This document shows, one piece after another, positions 41,985 through 55,116 of a DNA stretch of 64,000 nucleotides. This stretch comes from Spironucleus salmonicida (lineage: Eukaryota). The position numbers and the translations under genes were made by a program. The stretch lies in the NCBI RefSeq assembly GCF_000497125.1, contig NC_090604.1:516651-580650 (forward strand). Reading direction: 5' to 3'. Under the pieces are notes generated by a model. The model had not been told where the DNA came from and made no database searches. It saw only the letters and a program-made list of their open reading frames with translations. How positions within the stretch are numbered: position 1 is the stretch's first letter; each line of letters opens with the position of its first letter.

Positions 41985-44900
41985 AAATGTTCAAAACTCA
42001 AAAAAATTCGAAAATTCTAAAATAACAAATTTATTGGGCAGGGACGAGTAACTACTACTAAAGTTAATATTTGACCGCAACAAACTAACCTTATTCAACC
42101 ATCAATTCTGCTATTTCAGATCATACTGGTAATCATTACGCCTTATAGTGCTTTATGCAGAATTAAGTTGCAAGAAAATTAAAGCTAATAGTTTAAATTT
42201 CCATCTTGAAGCAACTGCAAAGATTTTCTAGTTCTGCATACATTTATAAGAAATACTTACTTATCAGCAAGAAGAGTTACCTTAAGGGATCACTAAACCG
42301 CGACTAATCCTCCAAACATATAATTATTTTCGATGTGCAGCCCGCAATTCCTGCAGTCCACCTTGCCTTGCTTAATTACGACGAATTCATAAATTTCATA
42401 CGGCCTTTTGTGTATCCAGCCACTTTACATATCCTATGAATTCGCTATCCCCATACCAATAATTGGCCAGAACCTTGCCTCAAAGCCTGCACCCTGTCCC
42501 TATAATTGTTGTGTAGCGTTCTCATTACAGGAGAACATTCGGTGCATTCCCTGCAGCACCAGGAGCTACCTGGTATTTTGTATGTTAGAATGTGCCCTTG
42601 GATCATGGTTTATCCTATGTTATTTATTATTTAGCGGCACTGACTGACTCTTGCAGTTATCTGAAACTTCCGTGCAGATGTAGCAAGTCCCCATAAATTC
42701 GCTTAGCACGCTTCGTACTTAGTATGGTGAGCAGCGCCATAGGCAGTGCAGGTTGTATGGGTTGACTTAAGTTCATCTTTAGAAAACATAGCTAGCGTGC
42801 TGAAGGGGGACTATTTGAATAGGTTTTGCAGCTTGCAGAAGTTTGCGACTCAGTATCGCAGTTTTTATAGCGAATGCCCCTTATTTGCAGGAATCGTTAC
42901 AAATATACGCTCTTTATGCTAGTTAAAAGTGATATCTATATGCAACTCATGATGTTTAGATCACTGCATTGGATATTATACAGTTTTTCGCTAATGCTTT
43001 CCAGCATCTGTAGAGATATACTATTTCAGCACCAGAATAAATTTACCACTGCTAGTTGAAGATATTATTGGCTAGCGGAAGCGCAGTTTAACACTTTTGA
43101 TGCCCTTTTTGTAGCAACACTTGGGCATGCAGAGCAGCTGCACTAGCAGGTAGTTAGATCGCAACCGCGCCAGCGACTGGGAGTCTACTTCCCACATGAC
43201 GAACACTCACTCCCCAGCTTTATGCTAATTCTGACAAAGCACGAGCCAGCTAGTGTCAGAACCACTTCCCTCAAGTTTTAGCACTTAACAGGAGTCCACA
43301 CCTCGCAGCAAGAGAAATTTTCATCAGAACCTATCACAACCCTTTAGAATGAGAGATTTCTTCCATATACGTGAAATTACATTCACAGATAGTTAGCAGC
43401 AGAATAGACTTACTATCACAGGTATTTCAATCTTCGACCTGGGCAGAGCGGTTTTGTAGTTTACACACTCCTACTCAGCAGGTACTTATGCTGCCGACCC
43501 GGAAGTACTTGCTAAAAGTACATCTTCAACCCAATGCTAGCAATACAAAGTACCCGATGAGCCTATTTTGCGGTTTCATGTACATGCAATACACTAACAG
43601 CAACTGGTACCCGTTTTACGCATTTCTGGCTCATCGCTCCAACAACCCTCGCAATTGGAGTAACTATTGCAGTCTGCTTTGTAACATCGCTCACAGTATA
43701 TTTCCCTCACTATAGGAAAGAGTTATATGTATCTTTCGCAGTTGCCCCCACCTGCATGCGGGCACTGTGTCGATACAATCGGAAGTAGCAAGAGGTAGTC
43801 TATGGGCAAGGCAGTCCAAACTACTGGGGCTCCCGGTTGGGACGCAGAGAAATTCCTGCCATCCACTTTACTGGCATCATCTGAACTGCGGTTTCCAGCG
43901 TCAAGGATCAAGTTTCATCACAATCACCACTATCAGAAACCGCTATCGGATTGCGGTCACCACAATCACGTTAATGCCTGTTTTGCAGCACCTATTTTCA
44001 ATCTGAAAACGTATCCGCGTTGAACGTTATACACGCATCGTTGCTAGAATAAACATCATAACCCCTGGAGCAGACCTTATTATAGTGCAACCCCGTCAGC
44101 ACAGCCCTGCAAGTTTTAGGCCTCAGGAACTTTTAAAATTCTTAATACAACCTCTTCAAATATTCTGCAATAGCTGGTTTTACCAAAACTATCCACGTCA
44201 GAAACTTGCCGTCCTGGCATTCCTATTACTCAATTTTAAGCCAACTAGCTCAATCTAAATTTTTTTTGGTGCTTGGTGAATTAATGTGTATTAGCAGATT
44301 TACCCAGGGTACTAAAAGTTTTGTGCGAGCTGCATTATATTGAAATACCTATCATCGTAAAAAGTACATTCCAAGTCACTACCGCATTCCTTGCAGCGAT
44401 TTTCACCCGCCTCACATTTTCATATCTTAAGTTGTGAATTTAGCCGTATAATACGCACTATCATTGTATATTGCCTGTACCATAATTACTTGTAATTGCG
44501 ATACATTTGTTACAATTTTCAAATTTAACGCAAAATTAAGTATTTTTATATTTATTATGTTCCCCGGATTCGTTTTTTTACAGGTTCATATATAGATCGT
44601 ATATTCCAGTAGGCTGGATTTATTTTGGAGTATTCTTATAATAGATGTAGGTTTCGTTGCATTTAGAGCATTTATTACTATTGTTGGGAAATAATCCGTT
44701 TTAGCAAATTTTGTAGGTGGTCGCGTTCTTCCAAATTAGACAATTTTTATGGCAGACTAAACACAATTTATCAAACAAGAAAAAATCTTACATTTCGTAC
44801 ACGTGCTAGTGTTGCATTCTGAGCAATTTTGTTGGCAAGTATTGCATTAATTATCGGATAGTTTGAATTCCTCAAAACAAGCTGAGCAGCTTTTATCATC

Positions 44901-45299
44901 AATACAGGTTTTGCAGTCATTCCTGCATTATATTCATTTAGCTTCGTCTCCTAAAAATCTATCTGGCTGGAATTTATCACATGCTGGATTAATTCCTCAT
45001 TGAAGGCAGTTATCTGGACACTTTTTGCACGTATTTTCTTCCAACTTAAAACCGGATACGCATGTAAGACAATTAGAATCTGCATTAAAGGAAGCACAGT
45101 TTGTAGAGCACTTTTTACAGAGGTTATTGTGAACCGAGTATCCCAGATTGCATTAATCACACGTTCTTCGACTATACAGCTAACATTCTGCACAATTATA
45201 AACTCTGCATGCGGAACATGGTTTATTCCACATACTCCTGTCCAATTCACATACAAAGCCAATTGGGCATGTCTGACTCCAGCATAAGTACTTTGATAT
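41985..45299 (-). pseudogene. Long CxxC-rich pseudogene, copy 4 (start ATG changed to ATA)
   Basis: Homologous to copy 3; ATA at 45297-45299. Confidence 0.7.
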
Positions 45300-45811
45300 T
45301 TTTGGAAAAGTGTCAGAAGATAAAGTATATAAATTTATAAATTAGTGGTGGTTAGTTTCTGAATAAGGTATTGTATATTGATTTTTCTTGCATGCATATG
45401 TTACTAAATTACCGGTGAACAACTTTTTAAAATGGCTATATTTAGCAATAATTCACTATGGAGGAAACTTAAACTAGAAAATGATGTAGGTTACGAGATG
45501 ATTTACTAATTATAAAAAATTATTATAATTACTGAGTTATTTCGATATATCTTTTATATATAAATAATCATATAAGAGAAGATTAAGTGTGAGAAACTAC
45601 TTTATTAATACTGGAATATATTATAAGTCTATATAAAATATATAAGTTTGAAAAATTACACTTACACTATTATAAAAATTAAAAACTGAGTTAAATTGTA
45701 TTGTATAATATATGCAAAACATTACAACCTAACAGTCATTTTACTGAATTTGACAAGTAATATCATTAGTAAGATAAATTACTAAATTTCCTGAATATAG
45801 ACGGATTTCCA

Positions 45812-46666
45812 TCACTTTTTAGCCTTTTTAATTAAATAAAATGCCAGACAACTCCCAACTGCCCCAACGACCGCCAAAACACCAACCACGATACCCACAA
45901 TCACCCCAGTACCAATTCTGTTGACCTCTCCAGATTTTTCGTCCGCCCAGCACATATCGCCAATAAATTTGTATCCAACAGCACATGTATTACAGGCCCC
46001 ATCGTCCCCCTTAACTACATTAGGCAAGCACGTCTCACAGGCATCCTTAGAGGTGGTGCACGAAGCGCAATTTCCCGCAACTCCACATTTGCAGGCAGAA
46101 TCAAGCCCCGCAACACAGGCCGTGGCCGTTCCGTTTTTGCAATATTTTCCGTCTTCCATATCCTTACAAGTCGGTGTACATTATCCAGCTATCGTTGTTA
46201 TATGAGTCATCCCATCGCACGCGTTGCAGAACATCGCCGAAGAGCAAATATCACATTTATCACCACACTTCACGCACCTCTTTGAGGATATCTCGCAAAA
46301 GGTCGAACCATCATTATCGCAGTCATCATTGCTATTGCACACTTTGACGCATTTGCCACGTTCCATTACGAACATATCAGCGCATTTCTCGCATGAATTG
46401 GATTCGGTGCATGCGCCACAGCCTTTTGAGCATTTCTTACAGGCATTTCCACTGAGATAAGTGCCAGGGAGGCATGTTGAACAAGTAGTACCATTGCATT
46501 CCTGACAATTTGTTGTCACTATATTATCCTTACAGTGGCAGCCTTGACCAAAGGCAATCTCTTCCGTGCACGGTTTACAGGCAACTGTATTATGATCGGT
46601 AGCTGGGCAAAAATGATTTGCCATACAGTTAGTGTCACGTTGAGTACATGTGCCAGGATCTGCCAT
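45812..46666 (-). CDS. CRMP type A, 284 aa, copy 4
   Basis: ORFs 46181..46666 and 45812..46159 joined through TAA=Gln; carries variant patch CKCGVAGNC. Confidence 0.93.
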
Positions 46667-48560
46667 TTTAAAAATAGAATATGGTATTTCACCTGATAAT
46701 ATGGAAGAAAAAGATATTGCATATTAAACTTCATGAGACATGCATATACATCACTTTACGTTATAATTTAAAACCAAACTCAAATATTTTTAGTTTGTGA
46801 TTGGTATATAATGTCAAATATATTACACAAATATAAAAGAAACTTAACAAGACAAATATATTGAATTATATTTAACTGGGCGCTAGGACAACGATCAGCA
46901 GCCCACAGTAAAGCGTGGGCCGCTCTTGCCCATTTTCCAATACTTCCACTCCAAAAATAGATTTAACATAATATTCCATTCCAATTATACAGCTCCACTC
47001 CAAATTAGTAAGCCACATTATTATAGACTCACTATCAGATTTAAACTAAGTCGGCCAACCAGCGTAAATTTCCTTTGGCGTTTGGGCCTCCCAAAGCCAC
47101 TAAAAAGTTAGTTGGCACTGTCCAAATTGCGGAACCTAAACATTGTAGTTCCCTTTATCCCGGAGCGCAGCCCCGCCGCACTGCCTTTCTTGGCATCGGC
47201 CATTGTGCCCATTACGTTACAGCATCAGAGTTTTTGACGCAGAACCGGCCCGAATATCATGCTTCTAGTATCAGTAAGTACGGAGGGGGATCTTGGCAGC
47301 CTTCTGTGAGATGGGCTTCGCGGGCTGGGACGCTATCCGGAGTTGCGATGGCCTGACTTAGTACCTCCAAGGTGCGTGGTGGACCACGATGGGCATATCA
47401 GCTGATGCCCTGTATTGCGCTCCTGGTAAGTATCACCGTTAGCAAAATACTATTCTTACGCATGCCCAGCACGCCAGATCGAGTACTAATGTGTTCATTC
47501 TACAGTTTCAGGGGACGTGTAAGAGGAGGAACGCGAGTGTGCAGCAGAGGTTGCAGAGGTTGCAGAGGACATCGTAGCAGGGCGTAGCGATACCGGTGGC
47601 CTATGTGTAGATAAGTGTACTGAGTCGTGTAGCGGCATATCAGCGACGCTCACGGTATTCCCACTCGGAAAGTGTACTAGTACTGAGGTTCTGCATGCGC
47701 CCAGGCAGTGATGGACAGTCTGCTAGGTAGCGAGGTCTGATATTTAAAGGCCAGCTACGTCCCCATGTTTCCCAGAGCCTTCCGCATGAAGTTCCAGAAC
47801 ATATAACATTCCAGATTAAATATAAAATCCCCTTCCATCTCAAGTTTACCTTCGCTATGGTCACTATTATGCAGAGAGCCCGCCCGCACGATAGTATTTG
47901 CCGGTGCAGCGTGTCTACTGCCCCCAGCTGACCCATTCAGTGTAAAGCAAAAATAAAATTATTAGTACTATCCATTCCCCGCTACAACTACCATCCCACC
48001 ACCACTCCCGTGCTAGAGGATCGGATCACGCTACCTACGCCTTTGCTGCACGGGCGTCGGACAGCAAGCTTTGGACCACCTGCGGGGTACCTTCACGATG
48101 CAGTTTCGGCGAACGAGGGATAGTTGGTTGCGGGTATAACTATATAGTCCTGCACCTGGTTTCTTCCCTTCAGGCCGCACGCGAACCCTGAGCTAGTAGG
48201 GATTTGGTGGGAAAGCGCGGTAATGCCTGCACGCTCAGGCCCATGCAAAATGGCCCATCCTGCGCTGCTAGGCTTAAACTGAGTGGAGTTCCGCACTTAG
48301 GCGTTTACATTTGTAAAGGAACGCTCCACACTGGGGCGGAATGCCAAATCGATAGTGGGATAGCACCCTATAGCATGGACTATGCCCAGCGCTGCAACCC
48401 ACATCCCTCAAATTCCCACAGAAAACCTCACTAGGCCATCGTCTGGCACTGAATCACCAGGAACAACCCCTACGTCCAGTATTCAGCCCCAGCACCTCAA
48501 TTAATGCACTAAACTACTGCCAGCAGCGTCCCGTACTCACAAAATATCTAAGTAGCGAAT

Positions 48561-48730
48561 CACACTCCCACTTTATTCCACTCCACTCCACTTTATTCCA
48601 TTCCCTTCCCTTCCCTTCCCTTCCACTCCATTTTATTCCATTCCACTTCCACTTCCACTCCACTCCACTCCCTTCCTTTCTTTCCATTCCATTCCATTCC
48701 ACTCCCTTCCCTTCCCTTCCACTCCACAAA

Positions 48731-48769
<39 letters not shown>

Positions 48770-48777
48770 AAAAAAAT
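48561..48777. repeat. Pyrimidine-rich (TTCCA/CTCCA/TTCCC)n tract followed by (AAAT)n and poly-A
   Basis: Directly visible; lies ~90 bp after the end of the tandem array. Confidence 0.9.
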
Positions 48778-48803
48778 TCTACCAACGGAATTGATATAAC
48801 TAC

Positions 48804-49067
48804 TCATAATATTCTGCTAGGAATCACCCGGAATTGGTTTTTCCTTTCCTTGAAAATGTCGTAAAATGCGTTTAGGGCAAAATCGGCGCGATGAGACGGT
48901 AAGGTTTTGGGCACGAAAAACGGGTTCTTGGAGCTAATTTGCAGCGTTTGCAGCGCTGAATTAAAGAGGAATTTCATCGTTTTGCGGCGTGCGAAAATCG
49001 CGCGAAAGGGTAAATTCTGCAAGAAATCAGCAAAATTTGGAGTGGGTGATGATGTTAAATGGGGCAT
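48804..49067 (-). CDS. Hypothetical protein, 87 aa
   Basis: ATG to TGA ORF, GC-richer than its AT-rich flanks; no recognisable motif. Confidence 0.3.
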   Translation of the reverse strand: MPHLTSSPTPNFADFLQNLPFRAIFARRKTMKFLFNSALQTLQISSKNPFFVPKTLPSHRADFALNAFYDIFKERKNQFRVIPSRIL

Positions 49068-49193
49068 TATTATATATTTTAAATATGATTTTTCTGGATA
49101 AATTTTAGGTATTAAATAGTATAATAATAATAATATATTAATAGTTATTATTATTATTATTATTATTATATAATATTGTATTATTAACTTAAA

Positions 49194-51731
49194 TCAATCC
49201 TTTCCTATATTAACAGCTAAAACTCTCTAATAATCGACATATCCCATCCCGTCAATCCTACTCTCCACCAGACACCTCAAAAACTCATTTTTGAACCTTC
49301 CGGCACCGCAAATCCCGTAAACTGGAAGCGACCTATATTATTATATATTATTAACAATACTTTGAATGTGAGTTTGATATTCGTTTTCCACTCCAATCTG
49401 CATCTTCTTTTCTTAATCAAAATCGAGCACAAAAGGCTCAATTTGCGACATCTGCAACCCCTCGCCAAAGAAAACAAGAATTTCGTCATAATTTGACGCA
49501 ACATAAATCCCCTGCTTCTCGATAAAATCTGCGTTCAGCGCTATGCTTTTCAGTGAATAATCAAATATAATATGCTATATATTAAATTTGAGTTCTTCAA
49601 AATCGAACCACTCCAATTACGATGCGAAACATATTCTATTATATATTAATACGCAATTTTACGGTTTCAAAAGTATACATTTCTACAGTAAAAAGCAATA
49701 ATACATTATTATATTATAATCAGTATTAAACTAATTCAAAGAAGCGAAATTGTTCAAAAATGCGTAACTCTTAAAAGTCTGCGCAATGGAGCCCATGAAG
49801 CCATCCAGGAACGCCGTGAAGCCGTTATTCGACGAGAGCGAACCCTTCACTTTTGACTTGTTTACGTCCCCCGTCAAATACGTCACATTCTCGCTCGAAA
49901 TGTACGTCTCCTGCTTAATACTCAGACTCAGCTTTTTGCTGATTAGCAAAATCAGGTTATTTGATATAACGGAATTGAAAAATTCTACGGTAGAGCCGAT
50001 TTTCACCTTTTTCGTGATAACTTTAATATATCGATTATTATGTAAATCGGTGTACAAAAAACTGAGCTAAAAATAGACATTTTGGCCCATTTTGAAACCA
50101 TCTCTGATTGCGATTTCGGCGCCAAACGTGTCCTCTGGTTGGCACTGGCTCAGGTTGATCAAATTCTGGCTTCCGAAATGGCCTTTTCCGAAGAAATACT
50201 TTATCTCGATTCCTGTGGAGCAGCGCATTCTGACACAGGCCTCCAGCGCGACTTCCTGCGTCAAAAGAGCGCTTAAATGCGAGTTCAGATTCGTCTAATA
50301 GTCTTTAATGGAGTAAATGCGGCCGCTTGAGAGCCTGCAGATCTCGCTTAGCGAGTTTAAGTCGATGGAGTGGTTAAAAACGAATACATTGACTTATATA
50401 TAATTTAAAGCACATTTTGTGGCGAGTTCGGTGTACTCAATTTACGGCTTAAATTGCTGCTTGACATCGCCTTAAACCGGCTTAAAAGCCCCTTTGCCAA
50501 GCGTGCAATTGTTGTGAAGGAACAAAATGATCTTCCCACCAACGCTTTACATGCATTTTTGTGCATTTTCGAGCGCCGAAAAAACGCAATTATTAGCATT
50601 ATTATACAATGACTTAGCTATATTATGCAGGTTCTGAAGCAGCGAGAAAATCGCATTTTTACGCTGCTAAAGCGACACAATCAAGTCCCTGGGCGCCGGA
50701 ATGTAGCTGCTTTCGACGTCAGGCACCGAGCAAATTTCGAAATTGTTATTTTTGACCAAACAATAATGCACATTATTATTCGCTAAAATGAACATTACCA
50801 TGACCTTAACCTCCATTTTCAAGAATTCTAAAAGCTGATTTTCGACGATTTGGACGTGTTACGCGAAATCCTGAAGGCTCGAAATATCGAAAATGAACGT
50901 CAGAACCTGAAAAGTTTCGCATTTTCGCACCCGGTAAATTTCGGGCGCCTGAATCTGGTACGCCTCAAATTGAAATTCCGGCCTCTGGAGCCGATTTTCA
51001 GCATTTTTGCAAATTCGTTCGAATTCAAATTCAAATTGAGTTTCCACTCCACAAAGTGCGCAAATGTGGCGGCCTGAAGACGTGAATTTCGAGTAGCAAT
51101 TCGCGTACGCCTTGCAGTTGTGGCATCGCGGAGGGTTGATTTTCAGCTCTTTGTTGAAGTTTGCGAGGCTCGAAACCTGACGGTTTGGGCTGAAAATGAG
51201 CCCCGCGGGGAGCGAAAATGCGGCCAGCTGCTGCCCCGAAACGGGAAAAATGGAGTGCGTGAATTGCAGCAAATTCGAGGTTTTTGGAGCGAAGGTTTTT
51301 CTGGGGTTTTCGGTGTAATAATTTGCTGTTTCGCTGGTTAGGATTTGGGTGAGGGAGGTGGGTTGGGGGAGTGTTTGGGGGTCGATTTGGGGGTTAAATG
51401 AAGATTGGGGGTCGATTTGGGGGGTTATTTGGGGGTTAAATTGGGGGTTAAATTGCTGGTTAAATGAAGATTGGGGGTTAAATTACGGGTTAAATTGGGA
51501 AGGTTGGGGGTCGATTTGGGGGTTAAAGGAAGGCTGGGAGAGTGTTTGGGGGTTAAATTGGGAAGATTGGGGGGCTGTTTGGGCAGTAAGTTAGTAGGGG
51601 GATGTGGTTATTGGGGGGTTAAGTTATTGGGGCGTAAATTATTGCTGGGGGGCAGCTTCCGATTCGGGGGCAAAAACAGGCGCGGCTAGCTGCTGCGTGG
51701 ACGCTGTAGGGTATCTCCTGCGCTGGGACAT
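49194..51731 (-). CDS. SEC24: COPII coat subunit Sec24, 845 aa
   Basis: ATG 51731; Pro/Gln-rich N-terminus with FNPQ repeats; zinc finger PPRCHNCKAYAN...HICALC; trunk motif FIFDIS, ALEACVRMRCSTGI, DTFGAEI; C-terminus CLVESRIDGMGYVDY; ORF-track pieces 50859, 50067 and 49731 are all in frame; TGA at 49194-49196. Confidence 0.9.
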
Positions 51732-51836
51732 TTTAGAGGCGAAGTGGTGGGAAAGATGTATTTGGTATATTAGCGTATATTATATAAAGTATAATATGGC
51801 AAGTTAAATAAAGTTGTGATTAAGTATAATTTTTAT

Positions 51837-51909
51837 GCCTGTTTAGCTCAGATGGTAGAGCGTCAGACTGAAGTTCTGTCGGTCCTTGGTTCGATTCCTA
51901 GAACAGGTA
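51837..51909 (+). tRNA. tRNA-Phe (GAA)
   Basis: Acceptor GCCTGTT/AACAGGT, D arm GCTC-AGATGGTA-GAGC, anticodon loop CTGAAGT, T loop TTCGATT, discriminator A, followed by T-run; single mismatches in anticodon and T stems. Confidence 0.88.
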
Positions 51910-52243
51910 TTTTTGTTTGAATATATTATAGTTATAAGTAACCTTTAAAGTCGGCAAAACATTATTCTTAATATTTAATAAATATGGTTTTTTTGGTAAT
52001 ATTTGTATACTTTCAAAAAACTCAGATTTAAAATGATCTAGATATTGTATGATAATCAGTTTTTCGTGTATAGTAATTATTTACTTGAAGATTTTATGGT
52101 AAATAAACTCATTATTTATATACTATAAAATTATTAAAGGTTACAAGTAAACTTATCCAGAGTACATATATATTTGGATGAATATTGTAAGCCATTTGCC
52201 AGGTTAGTTAGTAATTAATAGTGCAGAAAATATCTTTATTCAA

Positions 52244-52552
52244 TCACTTAACTAAACGGTCCTCTAAAAGTCTATCAATCGTTTATACTCTTGCTTACGT
52301 ATCGTCCGCACTTTCCCTCATTTTACTATTAAGCAAAAAAATTTCACAGCTTTTACTTAACTCTAAACTGTCCCCCTTAGAGTTTATTTGGGGTTTGAAG
52401 AAATCATTTGGAATATGTTAAATATAGCTATATAGATGCTATTCTTACTACGATATCATAGGAGGAAGCATTTATTAGTGCTTTTGTGAACGTACATTTA
52501 CCTTTGATAATGATGTTTTAAACATTTGCTCCGCAATCGATAGTGAGGTCAT
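52244..52552 (-). CDS. Hypothetical protein, 102 aa
   Basis: MTSLSIAEQMFKTSLSKV...RLLEDRLVK-TGA under table 6; stop lies in AGTGA context like other genes here. Confidence 0.55.
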
Positions 52553-52952
52553 TATTTAGAAACGTAAATATTAATAATTAATATTTAATTTATATCAAGT
52601 TATATTTTCTTCATTGGATTATTAAAGATATCTAAACTTCATATAATTAAAACTATACTAAATAAACAATAATGTAGAAATAATATTATACAAGATAATA
52701 TAGACGTATATATAATAAAGCAGAAGTGTAAAAATATTATACATAATTATACTTCTCGTGTAAGTCATATAATATCTAAATATAACTTAGTATATAAACA
52801 AAAAAATAATTTCTAAAACAATATAAGTATATTGTTGATAAAAAATTTACTTAATTTTAAAAATTAGTTATGCTTTTATTTGGTATATAAAGATGTATGA
52901 GGTATTAAGAAACTTTAAAAGTAAAAGATATTAATAGATAATTGGGCTAGTT

Positions 52953-53408
52953 TCACTCCATTTTAGCATATTTTTAAACCCACTCTTTGACAGTTTTTTC
53001 ATAAGTAGGCATATCAGATTTCATCATTCTAGCAGCATCGCCATTCAATGGATCGTTTGGATTTGGGTCATCAAGTAATGAACAAATTGATAGTAAAACT
53101 CTAGAGACTGTAAATACTGGGGACCATTCTTTTTTAAGGATATCTAAACATATAGCACCATCTGTAGAAACATTAGGATGCAGAATTTGCGTATCAAATG
53201 TAATTCTAGGAGGCTTAATAGGATAATCAGATGGGAATGATAATGCAAGTTTAAATACACCACCTTCATAGGGAGTATCAGCTGGGCCTACAATGCAGGC
53301 CTACCAGTGTGATAAATCATCACCAATTGGTCCACCAGAACAATTAGCTGGTGGATCTTCACGAAGTTCTTTTAGTTCTTTCTGCAAGCGACGAACATTC
53401 ATTGACAT
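52953..53408 (-). CDS. UBC4: Ubiquitin-conjugating enzyme E2 (Ubc4/5, UBE2D family), 151 aa
   Basis: [30 protein letters not shown](TAG)[16 protein letters not shown]...[10 protein letters not shown]...[24 protein letters not shown] motif and catalytic Cys present; absent from the ORF track. Confidence 0.95.
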
Positions 53409-53548
53409 TTTAGAGGAAAGGTGGAATGGTAAATTTACTCATAATGATATTTATATATTATTGTAGAGTTATTTTAAATTACTAGATTATTTACTAACAG
53501 AGGATTAATGAGGTCTAAGGTTTGATAATAACGAGTTAATGGATAATA

Positions 53549-53731
53549 TCACTTCAAATCTTCCAACATCAATTTGTCATTTTCAAATAGTTCACTGCTA
53601 AATACTTATATTTCACTTCCAGCCTGTGTAAGGTTAGATTTCTTTAGATATGATGGTTTTACACCAGGTTTGAGAGCTGAAGACTTTTTATAGTCCTTGA
53701 TAGGGATTGGGGAACATAAATCTTAGTCCAT
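53549..53731 (-). CDS. Small hypothetical protein, 60 aa
   Basis: MDQDLCSPIPIKDYKKSSALKPG...LEDLK-TGA; AAAAATG start, AGTGA stop context. Confidence 0.45.
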
Positions 53732-53965
53732 TTTTAAAGGAATTTGGAGCGAAAAATATATAAAGTATTTATAATATATTAAAAAACAACAAAAACGTAT
53801 CTACATCAAATTATTCAATATGTGTATTATGATATATTATTTTATATTCCAGATGCACATGGGGATAGTTTTAGATATGTCACAGAAAACGAATTTTATG
53901 ACAAAACAATAAAATATTATCACTAATTTAACCATCTCTTAAGATTAAGCACATATCGAATAAGC

Positions 53966-54142
53966 TCAAAAAACAGACTAGTACAAAAACCTAGATTCAT
54001 CTTTGCTCACCATTCCACTAATAGCTGTATCTGCTACTGTAGTAGAAATAAACTAATCGCGCTACTTATCATATAAATTCTTGTCTATTTCTTAGTTTAA
54101 TATTATTTAAATCCGTGCAAACTTTGATGTCTGTGTTCCCAT
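53966..54142 (-). CDS. Small hypothetical protein, 58 aa, possible N-myristoylation motif
   Basis: AAAATG start; MGTQTSKFARI... fits MGxxxS/T-K; ends at TGA. Confidence 0.35.
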
Positions 54143-55116
54143 TTTAGCGAAATGTAGAATTACTTATCACCATTATTATATCTTTATATAATCTAATTCC
54201 TCTTCCACACTAAAATATTTTAATTGCTTAAATTGTAATAAACCGAAATTTTGTTTCGAGTTTCTAGCTTAAAAGTTTATTAGTTAAAATATTAAACATA
54301 AAATCAATCTTAGACTACCACAAATCTTAATTTGTATTCAATAACAAAATCAACTCAAAATGCACCAAAATGCACCAAAACATGCGCAATTAGTCATTTT
54401 GGCACTACTGCAAATCCCCATTTCTGAGCACATATAGCCGCATTCCCCATACGTCAATTTAGCAATATGCAGCATGACCAATCTAGGCCGCAAAATAACA
54501 TCTCAAGCCCCTAAATTCGCGCCAATCCTTCCAAATTTTGCATCCAGACCGAAATTTGAACGGTTTCGTGAGCCGGAAAAGGAGCGGAAAAGGAAGGGAC
54601 GAAAAGGAGCGGAAAGTGAATTCTACGGCGGCCGATGGAAATCGCAGTTAGGATGGGTAGGGTATTTGGGCGTTATGAGTATTTTTGCAAAGGGTTATAT
54701 GTAGTTATATGGTTTTATATGGTTTTATATGCTGTTATACACTTTATATACTATTATATGCTGTTATACACTTTATATACACTTCATATCTGCGCTACCA
54801 CCCACGCTGTGCAGGGCGTGAGCCGCTCAGAGTGCGAAATGGACAGGACGTGAAATGAGCACGCACCGGCCGCGCTGGGCGCCGAGCTTCTGGCCCAGGA
54901 TGCCGCGGGCGGAGTTGGAGGTATGGACCCAATTTTGTGCGAAGCGGGGGTCGGGAAGGGGCAGGATAATATGCCCGGGGGTGGAGTGGCGCGGCGTGCC
55001 CAGTATCCGCGGAAGGCGGTTTTTACTCTAAGTTCTACGGGCGACACGGGATATTTTAGGGTATGAGGGCGGATTGGGTAGCGGTACAGTTCGTGTTCCA
55101 GCTACGTATTATACCA

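Larger units (their letters stand above)
2500..48470. repeat. Direct tandem array, ~12.55-12.58 kb unit, about 3.65 copies
   Basis: Identical or near-identical ORFs recur at offsets of 12547, 12575 and 12573 (e.g. 8117, 20664, 33239, 45812); homology begins inside the CRMP at ~2500 and ends at ~48470. Confidence 0.95.

Noticed and set aside
2500-48470. Repeat unit as an autonomous transposon, retroelement or provirus
   Set aside because: I found no reverse transcriptase, integrase, transposase or capsid motifs and no LTRs or unit-terminal inverted repeats; the recognisable content is host surface-protein genes
48561-48777. CRISPR-like array or ORF 48514..48807
   Set aside because: Simple microsatellite without unique spacers; the ORF is a translation of the repeat
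49277-49504. ORF-track 75-aa ORF as the Sec24 C-terminus or a separate gene
   Set aside because: Out of frame; Sec24 continues in another frame to TGA at 49194
51349-51640. GGGGGTTAAATT repeats resembling telomeric or G-quadruplex arrays, and the Trp/Gly-rich + strand ORF
   Set aside because: They encode the FNPQ-rich low-complexity N-terminus of Sec24 on the minus strand
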